DNA from: Paraspadella gotoi
Lineage: Eukaryota > Animalia > Chaetognatha
Assembly (NCBI GenBank): GCA_051294375.1
Contig: CM119264.1
Coordinates: 28,304,188-28,354,912 of the forward strand
Length of the DNA: 50,725 nt
Direction of reading: 5' to 3'
Positions 22,845-35,479 of this stretch are shown here, in pieces. Below the pieces are notes generated by a model. It was not told where the DNA came from and made no database searches. It saw nothing but the letters and a program-made list of their open reading frames with translations. Numbering within the stretch: position 1 is the first letter of the stretch; the number at the start of each line of letters is the position of its first letter. The position numbers and the translations under genes were made by a program.

Positions 22845-23828
22845 AAAAAATAGAGACGAAGCACCCCTTTCTAAGGAAGGAATTAGGGAGGGGAAGAGGG
22901 AAGAGGAAATAATCCGCGAAAATGGAAGGAAAATGGATAAAAAGTAAGGCGGAACAGGTTACAAACTAACAGAAGTCCGGTATAAATATTGTTAATGTGT
23001 TTATTATTATTTTATATTATCCAAATACTATTTTGGATAATTTTAATTTTAATAAATTTTAATTCTGATATTTTAATGATTTATCTATAAAAATTAACAA
23101 AAACTTTAAAATTTAATGAATGATGATAAAGATGATGATTTTTTAAGGTTTTTTCCAATTTTAGCCTATTTATCATTACAATTTTAGAAATTAGTAGTAC
23201 TAACCTTTATCTAACTTTTTAATCTTTATCAGAATCCATTTTTAAAAATTTAAATTTCTTAAAAAATTGTTTAAACCTTTCTTATATATTGTAAAATATT
23301 AAAATGCTTCCATGCAAGAGGAAAATTAATTTAATCAAAATCATCATTTGGTTGTAAAAGGACAAAAGACTTTTATTGCATACTTTTTCACGTTGTAAAA
23401 AATGTTAAATTCTGGCCCGCCTTAATAAAAGGGGTCGAGTCTCTCTTCTCTTCGGTTAAGGAAGATTAACGCGGATATCGTAAACAAGACGCCGCTCGAC
23501 GGCGCCATCTTTTGTTTGCTTTCGGTCTCTCGAAACCCGAAAATAAGAGGCCAAATCCTATTATCATTATTATTATTATTGTTGTTGTTATTATTATTAT
23601 TTTATTCTTTCTTTCTTTGCTTTTTTTTTAGAGAGAGAGAGAGAGAGACTTATTGCTTTTAAGTCAGAGACGTGACGCGCCTGCGTGATTGTCAAATGTT
23701 TTTTTCATTTGCTTGTTTTTGTGGAATTTTCTTATTGCTGCTTGTGACGCGAATTCAGTGAGGAAAATGGTCACGTGATTTATGAACAGAAATAATTGAA
23801 ATTACTACATATGTTACTGAGTACTGAC

Positions 23829-23859
<31 letters not shown>

Positions 23860-24098
23860 ATATATTGCTTCTCCACCTTCTCAAATTCTATTTGATATTG
23901 AGAATGAACTTAGTCCAAATTTGGATTATGTCTCTTCTGAAATGATATCGACAAAATGGCATCGATGGAAACGACGACGACGACGACGACGACGATAACG
24001 ACGAAGCCTTGAAACAAACGTAATAGAAATCAATGGAGTCGAACATGAACGTCAGAAAAGCGACGGGGCGACGACGACGACGACGACGACGGCGACAA

Positions 24099-24131
<33 letters not shown>

Positions 24132-24615
24132 TAACGACGAAAACTAAACGTAAATAAAGCAAAGAATGAGTAACGAGTTTTTGCGTCAGTTTTTTTCGCG
24201 ACGCGTGACAAGAAAATTAATAGGAAAAACATGACAGAAACATATATATCTATTCACTTTCCATCAATATTAACTATGATGTAAATCGGTTTAAAGTTGA
24301 ACTTATCTTTAAAACTATTTTCGTATTCACTCCGAGCACATACCACTTTTTCTCTATTTTTTTTTTATCGTTGTCATGAAATTTTCAGTTAACGACTTAT
24401 CCATTTTCCCACTGATTTGAAAATCCTCACACTTTCTGCTTTTAAAGTAGAATCGAAAGTCGTCACCAGTTTCGCCTTCTCTCCACATATCCTACCTCCC
24501 AAATTCTGCTCCCTGGGTCCTGAAATTACCTTTAACCCATCGTCCCTGACCCCCCTAAAAAAAAACCATTAATATTTTCATCCAAAAAAACAAATCTATG
24601 TACTCAAAATTTCAG

Positions 24616-25015
24616 GCGAAGGAGAGAAAGGAAATCAGGACGACGACGACGACGACGACGAAGATGACGACGAAGATGACGACGACGGAGGCGTCCAAAC
24701 AAAAGTGGTCACGATTTTCTTCGGCCGACGGTGAAACGACGACGACGACGACGACGAAGACGACAACCTCCAAAGATCCTTTGAATCTCGATCTGGAATC
24801 GGACATTCGATCTTTAAGGAAGAGCACGCGCGATCTGGAGACGAGGATACGAAGCGGAGTCTTTGCTGGAACGCCCTCTAAGAAGATGAAGCAGGAGGAG
24901 GAGGAGGAGGAGGAGGAGGTGGAGGAGTTGAAGACCGACTCACCTTTGGAATGCACGTGCGGGTGGGAGGATGTCGATCCGCTCTGCACTTGCGATCAGT
25001 TCTCTGTCGCGAAAG
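24616..25015 (+). CDS. exon: poly-T, coiled-coil-like LDLESDIRSLRKSTRDLETRIR, poly-E, ECTC..LCTC
   Basis: tttcag| acceptor, AAAG|gtgagg donor; ORF 24598..25041. Confidence 0.7.
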
Positions 25016-28000
25016 GTGAGGAGAGAGAGAGAAAAAGATAAAATCACTTTTCATTATTAATAATTACTAATTAATAATTTAGTGAAAATTGGGTGATTTA
25101 AATTGGGATCGTATTGAGCTAAATATTGCCATCACAACTTTTGTTGAAAGTAGATGAAGTGATAAAGTTCTCGAAAAAAAAAGAAGAAATATTCCATGAA
25201 TGGAATCGAAATCTTTCTCGAGTTTGTCGTAGAGAAAAGTTCACTGATAAACAAAAACTTAAAAAAAACTCGCCCCCCCCAAAAAAAAAATGACTTCAGA
25301 TCCCCGTCCGTCCGTCCCTCCGCCCCGAGACCCCCTCCGCGACCGCAAGGAGCGCGCCAAGCAGCTCGTCCGCCTTCTCCGCGCCTCCCTCCTCTTCCCC
25401 AGCCAAGACTCCGTCGTCTCGGGAAGTTCCACTCTTTTCTCTGAGTCGGAATCATCGCGTCCGTCGTCGAGATTTGGTGGCAAACCGAAAACTCGATGGA
25501 ATCCAGATCGTGAGTATGAGNNNNNNNNNNNNNNNNNNNNNNNNNNNNNNNNNNNNNNNNNNNNNNNNNNNNNNNNNNNNNNNNNNNNNNNNNNNNNNNN
25601 NNNNNNNNNNNNNNNNNNNNNNNNNNNNNNNNNNNNNNNNNNNNNNNNNNNNNNNNNNNNNNNNNNNNNNNNNNNNNNNNNNNNNNNNNNNNNNNNNNNN
25701 NNNNNNNNNNNNNNNNNNNNNNNNNNNNNNNNNNNNNNNNNNNNNNNNNNNNNNNNNNNNNNNNNNNNNNNNNNNNNNNNNNNNNNNNNNNNNNNNNNNN
25801 NNNNNNNNNNNNNNNNNNNNNNNNNNNNNNNNNNNNNNNNNNNNNNNNNNNNNNNNNNNNNNNNNNNNNNNNNNNNNATCCTGCTCCAGCCTCTCGTCCA
25901 CTTGTCACCAATCCAAGACCCTCCCGACCAAAGTCTCCAAGTATCACTGGTTCCCTCTTCTCGAACTCATCAAACTCATCAAGATGTATCCCAACATGCC
26001 GCCCATCGCGTTTCACAGGTGAGTTCACGCCGACGTCTCCCGGTTTCACTTTTCGCCACGCGTCACTCTAATAAGCATCTCCCCCTCTTCAGTCTGCGAA
26101 TATAAGCGAACATCTCACTTCCCTCTCGTGCACATTCTCCTCTGTCATTCGTTTGTCATTCCTCTGTCACTTCCCGGTCATTTCTGTCTCCGACTCTCGA
26201 ACTCGATTCGACGTCGACAAATATATCCTTATTTGGGAATAAGGATCTGATTTATTGGCCCGTTTAACCACTTGCAAANNNNNNNNNNNNNNNNNNNNNN
26301 NNNNNNNNNNNNNNNNNNNNNNNNNNNNNNNNNNNNNNNNNNNNNNNNNNNNNNNNNNNNNNNNNNNNNNNNNNNNNNNNNNNNNNNNNNNNNNNNNNNN
26401 NNNNNNNNNNNNNNNNNNNNNNNNNNNNNNNNNNNNNNNNNNNNNNNNNNNNNNNNNNNNNNNNNNNNNNNNNNNNNNNNNNNNNNNNNNNNNNNNNNNN
26501 NNNNNNNNNNNNNNNNNNNNNNNNNNNNNNNNNNNNNNNNNNNNNNNNNNNNNNNNNNNNNNNNNNNNNNNNNNNNNNNNNNNNNNNNNNNNNNNNNCCA
26601 AAAAAAAAACAAACCAGAATTAAGAATTTTCGTTTTACCGAGATTTTTCTCTTTCCTCTCGTCAAATCGAGGAGTCTGTTTATTAATAAAATTTGACAAA
26701 GAAAACAGGACCTTATTTCATTTTGAATTCGTATCGAATATTACGTTACGGGTTAGAATTAGAAATTTGGTTAGAGATTAGGTTAGGGAATTGGTTATGG
26801 GTTAGGTATAGGTAAATTAGGTTAGTAATTAAGGTTAACGAATTGGTAAAAGGTTTGGAGATAGAATTTGTTTAAACATGAGGATTCAGGGATTAAAGAA
26901 GAAATGGGGGGCTTTTGGAACAGAGTGCCGAAAAAAAAACGATTGTGTAATATTCAGTTCTTNNNNNNNNNNNNNNNNNNNNNNNNNNNNNNNNNNNNNN
27001 NNNNNNNNNNNNNNNNNNNNNNNNNNNNNNNNNNNNNNNNNNNNNNNNNNNNNNNNNNNNNNNNNNNNNNNNNNNNNNNNNNNNNNNNNNNNNNNNNNNN
27101 NNNNNNNNNNNNNNNNNNNNNNNNNNNNNNNNNNNNNNNNNNNNNNNNNNNNNNNNNNNNNNNNNNNNNNNNNNNNNNNNNNNNNNNNNNNNNNNNNNNN
27201 NNNNNNNNNNNNNNNNNNNNNNNNTGTTAATAGGAAATTCCCTTTTTGGGTTCAGCTGCGGACGCGAAAATCTGGATAACAGAATCGATTCCACTCAAAA
27301 TCATTTTCTTTCTTTTCTTTTTTTTTTATGTTGTTCTGTCAAAACAGATTTGAAAAGATGCGTTTACAACGTCTTCTTTTAAACATTATGAACATCATTA
27401 TATTGTTTTAAATATAAGATCTTTTATTTATTAGTAAGATATTCATTTATTCCCGCGTTCATTAAGATTTAATTTCTTGTTTCACGTATTATTTATTAAT
27501 TCTTTCATTTATTGATTGATTGAGTGTTTTATTGTTTTATTTATTGTTTGATTGATTGATTTATTCATTCAGTCTCTACCCAATACACAAAACAAACAAA
27601 AAACGGCGCTTTGCTTAATAAATAATTTACGACAAAAAACTTTCAAGAAATTCTCTTCATTTTTCATCAAAGGAGAAAAAAAAAGGGAAGCGACTTACAA
27701 ACGATCGAGGGAGAGAAAAAAAAAGCGGTTGGGTTGTCGGTTGATGGATGACGACGCTTTCTGAAAGGATGTCGGCTTGTCGGTCTGGCGAACGGGGGGG
27801 GGTGGAGTGGTAGAAGAAAACAAAAGACGATCTGATGAAGCGATCAAAGTCGCGTAAAAAAAAAAGGACAAAAAAAAATGTGGCAACCTTTTTAATTTCG
27901 ATTACAAAAAAATCAATATTAAAATTTTAATCTCGTGTTCAAAATATTATTATTTTATTATATTTTTATTAATTTTGATAAAAGCAAAGACTGACTGACC

Positions 28001-31000
28001 AGTTAGTGGTTCTCAAAAGTCGCTGTGACGCAGGGGTGAGTTGGAAAATCCAACAACGAACCAATCTTTCCTTTTCGTTTCTTTTCTTTCTTTTTCTTTC
28101 CTTTTTGTTTCTCTTGTTTCTTTTTTTTTCTTTTCGTTTCTCTTGTTTCTTTTTCTTTCCTTTTTGTTTCTCTTGTTTCTTTCTCTTTCCTTTTCGTTTC
28201 TTTTCTTTCTTTTTCTTTCCTTTNNNNNNNNNNNNNNNNNNNNNNNNNNNNNNNNNNNNNNNNNNNNNNNNNNNNNNNNNNNNNNNNNNNNNNNNNNNNN
28301 NNNNNNNNNNNNNNNNNNNNNNNNNNNNNNNNNNNNNNNNNNNNNNNNNNNNNNNNNNNNNNNNNNNNNNNNNNNNNNNNNNNNNNNNNNNNNNNNNNNN
28401 NNNNNNNNNNNNNNNNNNNNNNNNNNNNNNNNNNNNNNNNNNNNNNNNNNNNNNNNNNNNNNNNNNNNNNNNNNNNNNNNNNNNNNNNNNNNNNNNNNNN
28501 NNNNNNNNNNNNNTCGTTTCTTTTCTTTCTTTTTCTTTCCTTTTCGTTTCTCTCTTTTTCTTTTTTTTTCCTTGCCGTTTCTCTTGTTTCTTTTTCTTTA
28601 CTTTTCGTTTCTCTTGTTTCTTTTCTTTTGCTTTTGGTTTCTTTTCTTTCTTTTTCTTTCCTTTTCGTTTCTCTTGTTTCTTTTCTTTTGCTTTGGGTTT
28701 CTTTTCTTTCTTTTTCTTTCCTTTCCGTTTCTCTTGTTTCTTTTTCTTTCCTTTTCGTTTCCCTTGTTTCTTTTCCTTTGCTTTTGGTTTCTTTTCTTTC
28801 TTTTTCTTTCCTTTTCGTTTCTCCCTTTTTCTTTCCGAAATTCTCTCTACTGATCCGGCCTTCGTTACTCCCTCCATTCATCAACGAGTCCATCCCTCGT
28901 CTTCTCTCGTCCTCATTAACTTGTTTTTCCCTCCATACATAAGTGAAGCCTTATTATACATTAAGTATATTATTATATTATGTATTACCTCACGCAGATC
29001 TTATTCATTCTCCTCTATCTCACGAAGACTAACTTACCCATATGTTACTCGTGATCCAACCTATTTCAGTTCTTTGACCTCACCCACCAAAATACTTTCT
29101 CATCCCCTTGATTTCTCACGCACCTGAGAACAGAGTCTTTAGACTAACTTCTTTTTTTCCCGCCACAAGAATCTATCGGACTTTTTTCAAGTTGGGTGAG
29201 TTTCTCAATCCCCCGCTGGCGGCGCTGGGCCCATAATCTTCCATCCAAATGGCAGCAGAAGTCAAGAGAGAGGTTCCATTGCTCTTTGTTTCCAGCTGAT
29301 AGGAAAAGCAACCTCTCTCTCTTTCTCTCTCTCTCTCTCTTTTTCTTTTTCTTTCTTTCTCATTTTCTTCTTAAATCTCTCGCTTTCATGGTTTCTTGTA
29401 AACGCTCCTTATCTCTCTTCGAACTTCCTCTCTCCTTCACTCTCTCTCTCTCTCTGCCGTCTCCAGTCTCTCTCAAATCTCATCTCTCATCTCCTCTCCG
29501 TCCCTCCTCCCGTCTCCTCTCTGTTTTTTCTTCGCACAATACTTAAAAAGCCTCTCTTTTCTCTCTTCTCCGTGGCAGGAAGCTCCTTGATGAGTCGAGG
29601 CTTTTAAACTTGAGGTAAGAAAAAAAAAATATTTTCTTTTCTTCGCGGTTAACAGCGTCGATTCTTTATCCCCGACTTCAACGAAAAGTCTTAACATTTA
29701 AAATTCATTTTATTTTCAAAGTTAGAATTGTTTTTTTCTTTTTTTAACAGAAATTTAATAAAATCTTAAACTATATTTTTTAAGATATTAAAAATATTTA
29801 GATTAAAGGTAATTTAAAAATAATCTTGTGTGTTTAGTATTAAATTTTTCAATCCTAAATCACAAACCAATTTCCGCAATCCGCAAGCCGCAATCCGCAA
29901 GCCGCATGCTGCATGCCGCATGCCTTATTCCGATTTCCGCATGCCATATTTCGCATACCGATGCATGAAATTCAGCTTGCCAATTTCCGCGTCCATAGTC
30001 TTACGCCGTATTTATCATCCATATATTATTCAATATTAAAAAAAAATGTACAACATAAATTATAGACTCTTCCCGGCAACTTATTTACCCATTCAGTCCT
30101 CGCTCGTTAAATCCAGTTTCGGAGGAAGAATTTATCATCTCGGGTTTTCGACGTCGTCGCGAGTCGGGCGGTACTTCCGGAAACTTCCGGTAACCGGGAT
30201 TTATTTACCGGATTCATATCCCATCAAGCGCCGAGATAATCTCGTTCTCGCCCGTGCGTTACCTCCTCTCCTCCCCCGCCCCCAACACCACGCCGCCCCC
30301 ACCTCTCTTTCAGTTTTCATCCCGCGGAAGTTAATCGAGAGAAAACGATGATGAATCGGTTCTAGCGACGGAATTCCCTTATTTCATTACTTTATTTATG
30401 TCGTAGTAATTTGATTTTATTCTCCTTCGTAAAGGAGTTGAACGTATTTACAATATCCGATGTTACAATATTCATAAGTTATTATTTATTATTTAGCATT
30501 TATAAAATATCAAATTCAACTTTTAAGAAAACCGAATTTAAAAGATTAGGAAGACCAATCTATACTGCTAAAATATGCAAATGAGATTTAAGAACTCACT
30601 TTTATTTTAAATTAATCTTAAATTACTACATAATAATCATCTATGACAANNNNNNNNNNNNNNNNNNNNNNNNNNNNNNNNNNNNNNNNNNNNNNNNNNN
30701 NNNNNNNNNNNNNNNNNNNNNNNNNNNNNNNNNNNNNNNNNNNNNNNNNNNNNNNNNNNNNNNNNNNNNNNNNNNNNNNNNNNNNNNNNNNNNNNNNNNN
30801 NNNNTTTAAGAAGACCGAATTAAAAGATTAGGAAGAATAATCTAGACTGCTAAAATATGCAAATGATATTTAAGAACTCACTTTTATTTTGAATTAATCT
30901 TAAATTACTACATAATAATCATCTATGACAAATATATATCAATTTGCGCACTTGCGAAATGGTAACTAGTTCCGTCCGCGAACACTAAGCTTAAAAATAG

Positions 31001-31122
31001 AGTTTAAATTTTCATCGAAGGCTTATTTGAATTTCCTCCTCAGTTATTGAACGATAACAAAGAAGAGAAAAGGATAAATAATAAATGGACGAACGATAAT
31101 TCGAAAANNNNNNNNNNNNNNN

Positions 31123-31153
<31 letters not shown>

Positions 31154-32679
31154 AGATGACGAGGCATATGATGAAAAACAGGCGCAGAATAAATGACAAA
31201 GCGAAAAGCGATTCTCCCTTCGAGATAATTATTAGGTAATGTCTTATTGCTAATTCCAACTCAAGTAATAAAGTAAGTAACTGTTTATTTTGTGACATAA
31301 TTAGTTAGTTTAAAAACACAATTTTTATATACAGAGCGATACAAATAATAGAACAAGCCACAACTCACGTAAAACATGGACAATTACAAAAGTATATGAT
31401 TGAAACGAGTTTGCTCAGATAATATCTTCTCCAAAAATTAAAATTGTAACAAATTTATTTTTTTCTACGTTAAAGAAATCACAATCGAACAAAATCGCTG
31501 ATCTTTTGTTTTCCTTCACTTATTTTTTTTTTCTCCGCCTCCTACAGGCGAAAACCGAAGATCCAGGTCGACACCGAATCGCTCCACTTCTCATCCGAGA
31601 TCAAGGACTCGAGCTCCTCTAACTACCTTCGCTCCTCTCGCTACCATCGTTCTTCTTGCTCCTCTCGCTCCTCTCGCTCCTCATGCTCTTTCTCCTACTC
31701 CACTTCGCTATTCGTCCTCGTGACGTATTTTCTTTATAAGCCGGAGATTCGCCTTTTTGCTTCGGCGTCTGCGTCGGCATCTGTAGCGGCATCGGCATCT
31801 GCGTCGGCATCTGTAGCGGCATCTGCGTCGGCTTCCGCGTCGGCATCAGACTTCTTGGATTCGATATCGAAAGAAATCGTCCAGTCCGAGAAGCGGAATT
31901 CGGAGGGAAAAGCGAAAGACGAACGGAAACCGCTTCTCGCGTCGACCGGCGAAGAAAAATCGCTTCTCCACGAAATCGCTGAATCCGGCAAAGAAGCCGG
32001 ATACGGCAAAGAGGCCGGATACGGCAAAGAGGCCGGATCCGTCGGCGACCGGAAAAGCGATTTTGCGAGGATGAAGAAAATCCAGAGAAAAAATTCTGAT
32101 TCTCGGTTAAAAGGAGAGAAGGAGAGGATTTTGGAAATCCCGGCCGAGGTGAATCCAAATCCGGCAAAGGAGAATGAAGATCCGTCCATGGTAAATAAAA
32201 ATCCGGCCAAAGAAATTAAAGATTCGGCAAAGGATGAAGAAGATCCGGCCAAGGAGTCGGGGGATGCTCTCAAGAAGATTATAGCGCCGGCAAAGGAAAT
32301 GGGGGACCCGTTCAAGAAGATTAGGGATCCGGCTAAGGAGGTTAAAGTTCCGGCAAAGGAGAATGAAGAAGCGGACACGGTGTTTAAGAAAAAGATCAAG
32401 CCAAAGCTCGATCCGGACAAGGTGGTGGAAAATTGGAAAAATTTCATTATGACTGAAGCGGAAGCGTTTCCGGCGAAGGAGAAAAATCTCCCGGCAAAGG
32501 CAAAGTCGATCTCGGCTAATGAGGTTGGCGGAACCGGAGCTGACCGGAAGAAGAAGAAGAAGAAGAAGAAGAAAGGACGACGACAACAACAACGACAACA
32601 GAGGAAGAGAGGAAATCGCAGAGGTGAAAATGGAGGAAGGAGAGAGTAGAGATAGATAGACAGATAGATAGATAGATAT

Positions 32680-32735
<56 letters not shown>

Positions 32736-32967
32736 GTAGATATTTTTTTTTGAAATCGTCAGATCGAAAGAAACAACTGGGGATCGATGGCGTGGAGGTT
32801 TCCCCGGCGGACTTTACCCCCCGGAGGAAGCCGGGAGAAGGGTACCGCCCCCTCCAAAACTTTTTACCCGAGCCGAGGTCACCGACCGACGACATCAAAT
32901 ACAAACAAAGCGACGAAGTGGAAGGAATTGAAACGAGAGGGTGAGTCTGATGAGAGAGAGAGAGAGG

Positions 32968-33017
<50 letters not shown>

Positions 33018-35445
33018 CCGGGTGAGGGGTGATGCGGGGATGTAAGGTTTAGTCAGTCAGAAAATGAGCCGTGACCACCAGTGATTCTCGGAGAAGGTTT
33101 CGAAAAATAGTGGGAGTGGGAGTTCTGTCCTAATGATATTTGTCTCGTCTATCAATTTAATGTCATTTATTGTCAATCGCGACATTATTGCGTTATCATT
33201 ACATCATTTTATTAATGGAGTAAAATTCAGATTTCGTAAAACAACCATCTTTCCTCGTTGCGACCATCAGCGACCAAAAAAAAAAAACCCACAATGATCC
33301 TAACGACGACGATTTCCTGCTTTGTTGTTCATCTTTGTCGTCGTTGTTGTCGTTGTTCATCATTGTCGTCATCATCATTATCAACGTCATCGTCAACATC
33401 CAGATTCGCGAATACCACGATTCCTCCGATTTCATCCCAAATCCTTTTGACTATTTTCTTATTCATTTTTCTTCGTTATTCTTTCTCATTCATTTTTAGT
33501 CTCTGACTTCTTCTCCATCTGATTCTTTTTTGTTCTTTTGTTCTTTTGTCTTTTAATCTCTTTTCTCTTCCGCGTTCGTCTTTTGTTCGAATTTCGTCTC
33601 CGTTCGCTTAACTTTGCTTAGTCTTCACTTTTTAGTTGCGTCGCGAGTTTGAATTTCATCTGTATCATCATCTTCAACCCCATCTTCATCATCATCTTCA
33701 ACCCCATCTTCACCATCATCTTCAACCCCATCTTCATTATCACCTTCAACCTCATCTTCATTATCATCTTCAACCCCATCTTCATCATCATCTTCAACCC
33801 CATCTTCATCATCATCTTCAACCCCATCGACTTCCCCCCGTCTTCTTCACGCCCGAGATCCAAAGAGAATCCTTCGTCGCGAGAGAAGGATTTTTATGGC
33901 CTTTTTTTTTCGGTCGATGTTGTGGATTCCGCCATTTTCGTTGTTGTTGTTTTTGTTGTTGTTGTTATCCTCATCGTTTAGGCCTTTTTTTTCCCTTAGT
34001 CGTCTTTTTTTTCGCGGAAGAGAAAATCCCAAGGACTTATAAAATCTGGGCCACGTCCCGTTTCAAGATCCTCCGTTTGGAACAAAAGAGCAAAGGGCCT
34101 CGTAAATCCCTCGTCATAAATCTAGTCGACGAATTCGATCGTCACTTTGCGTCGTTGATGATTGCATAATGTTTGCATCCTTGTTTTTGATCGCATCATC
34201 GTTGATCTCATCGAAAAAAAAAGTCGCTTCTGTAAAAATATCAGCGGATCGTCAACGGGGCGTCTTCTGTGCATCTATTGGTTCACCAGATGGCGCTTTA
34301 TCATTTGTCGGTTCTTCATTGACGGCAAGTGCATTGTCGGCTTTGAATTTTCGGCCAGTGCATGGTCGGTTTTGACATTTCGGCCAGTGCATGGTCGGCT
34401 TTGACATTTCGGCCAGTGCATGGTCGGCTTTGACATTTCGGCTAGTGCATGGTCGGCTTTGACATTTCGGCTAGTGCATGGTCGGCTTTGACATTTCTGC
34501 CAGTGCATGGTCGGCTTTGACATTTCGGCCAGTGCATGGTCGGCTTTTTCATCGTCGCTCTGTGCCGCGTCATCAATCCAGTTAAGATCAGCTACATTGT
34601 TTTGCATAACGGTTTCCCTAACACAGTTGCAACAACGTTAGCTGCTTCCTGATGTCTTTCTCATTCTGTCGTAAGTGACGGGGATAACGAATGAGGAAAG
34701 AAGTGATTTTGAGCGCATGCGCGACAAAGACCCATCGCTTTGGACTCGGGATGTGTTAACTTACGAGCTGAATTATGCTTTTTTATTTAATTATTATTAT
34801 GATTACGGTTACGCTGGATTCGCTCCCTAGCAGTTTACTTAAGTCTACAGTCCGAGAATACATGCCCGCCAAACACTAATCATATCACATCTTTACTGAT
34901 CGTTTCACCCCAGCAAACTAACCGGCCACCTCAACCACAACATCAGCAGCTCTGGTCGCGACGACCGCAAGTTGCCCAACCGCAATTTACATTTTCCATT
35001 TTTCCCATTTTCTCCATTTTTTCCAATTTTCTTCATTTTACCATTTTCTCCTTTTTTCCATTTCTCCATTTTCCCATTTTCTCCATTTTTCCAATTTTCT
35101 TCATTTTCCCATTTTCCGTTTCTTTCAAATTCATCGGAAAATAATCTTTCCCTCTTTTTTTTTCTTTCCTCCTTTTCAGTCGTCACTCAAGCTCTTGTCC
35201 ACGACGTTACTCTCCATTTNNNNNNNNNNNNNNNNNNNNNNNNNNNNNNNNNNNNNNNNNNNNNNNNNNNNNNNNNNNNNNNNNNNNNNNNNNNNNNNNN
35301 NNNNNNNNNNNNNNNNNNNNNNNNNNNNNNNNNNNNNNNNNNNNNNNNNNNNNNNNNNNNNNNNNNNNNNNNNNNNNNNNNNNNNNNNNNNNNNNNNNNN
35401 NNNNNNNNNNNNNNNNNNNNNNNNNNNNNNNNNNNNNNNNNNNNN

Positions 35446-35479
<34 letters not shown>

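Noticed and set aside
27969-29127. Long K/E/R-rich or F/S-rich ORFs (also 7136-7616, 17869-18411, 19357-20291, 35195-36232, 45912-46257)
   Set aside because: Products of microsatellites, minisatellites and N gaps that lack stop codons.
34328-34547. CRISPR array
   Set aside because: The 29-bp units are contiguous with no unique spacers, there are no cas genes, and the context is eukaryotic.
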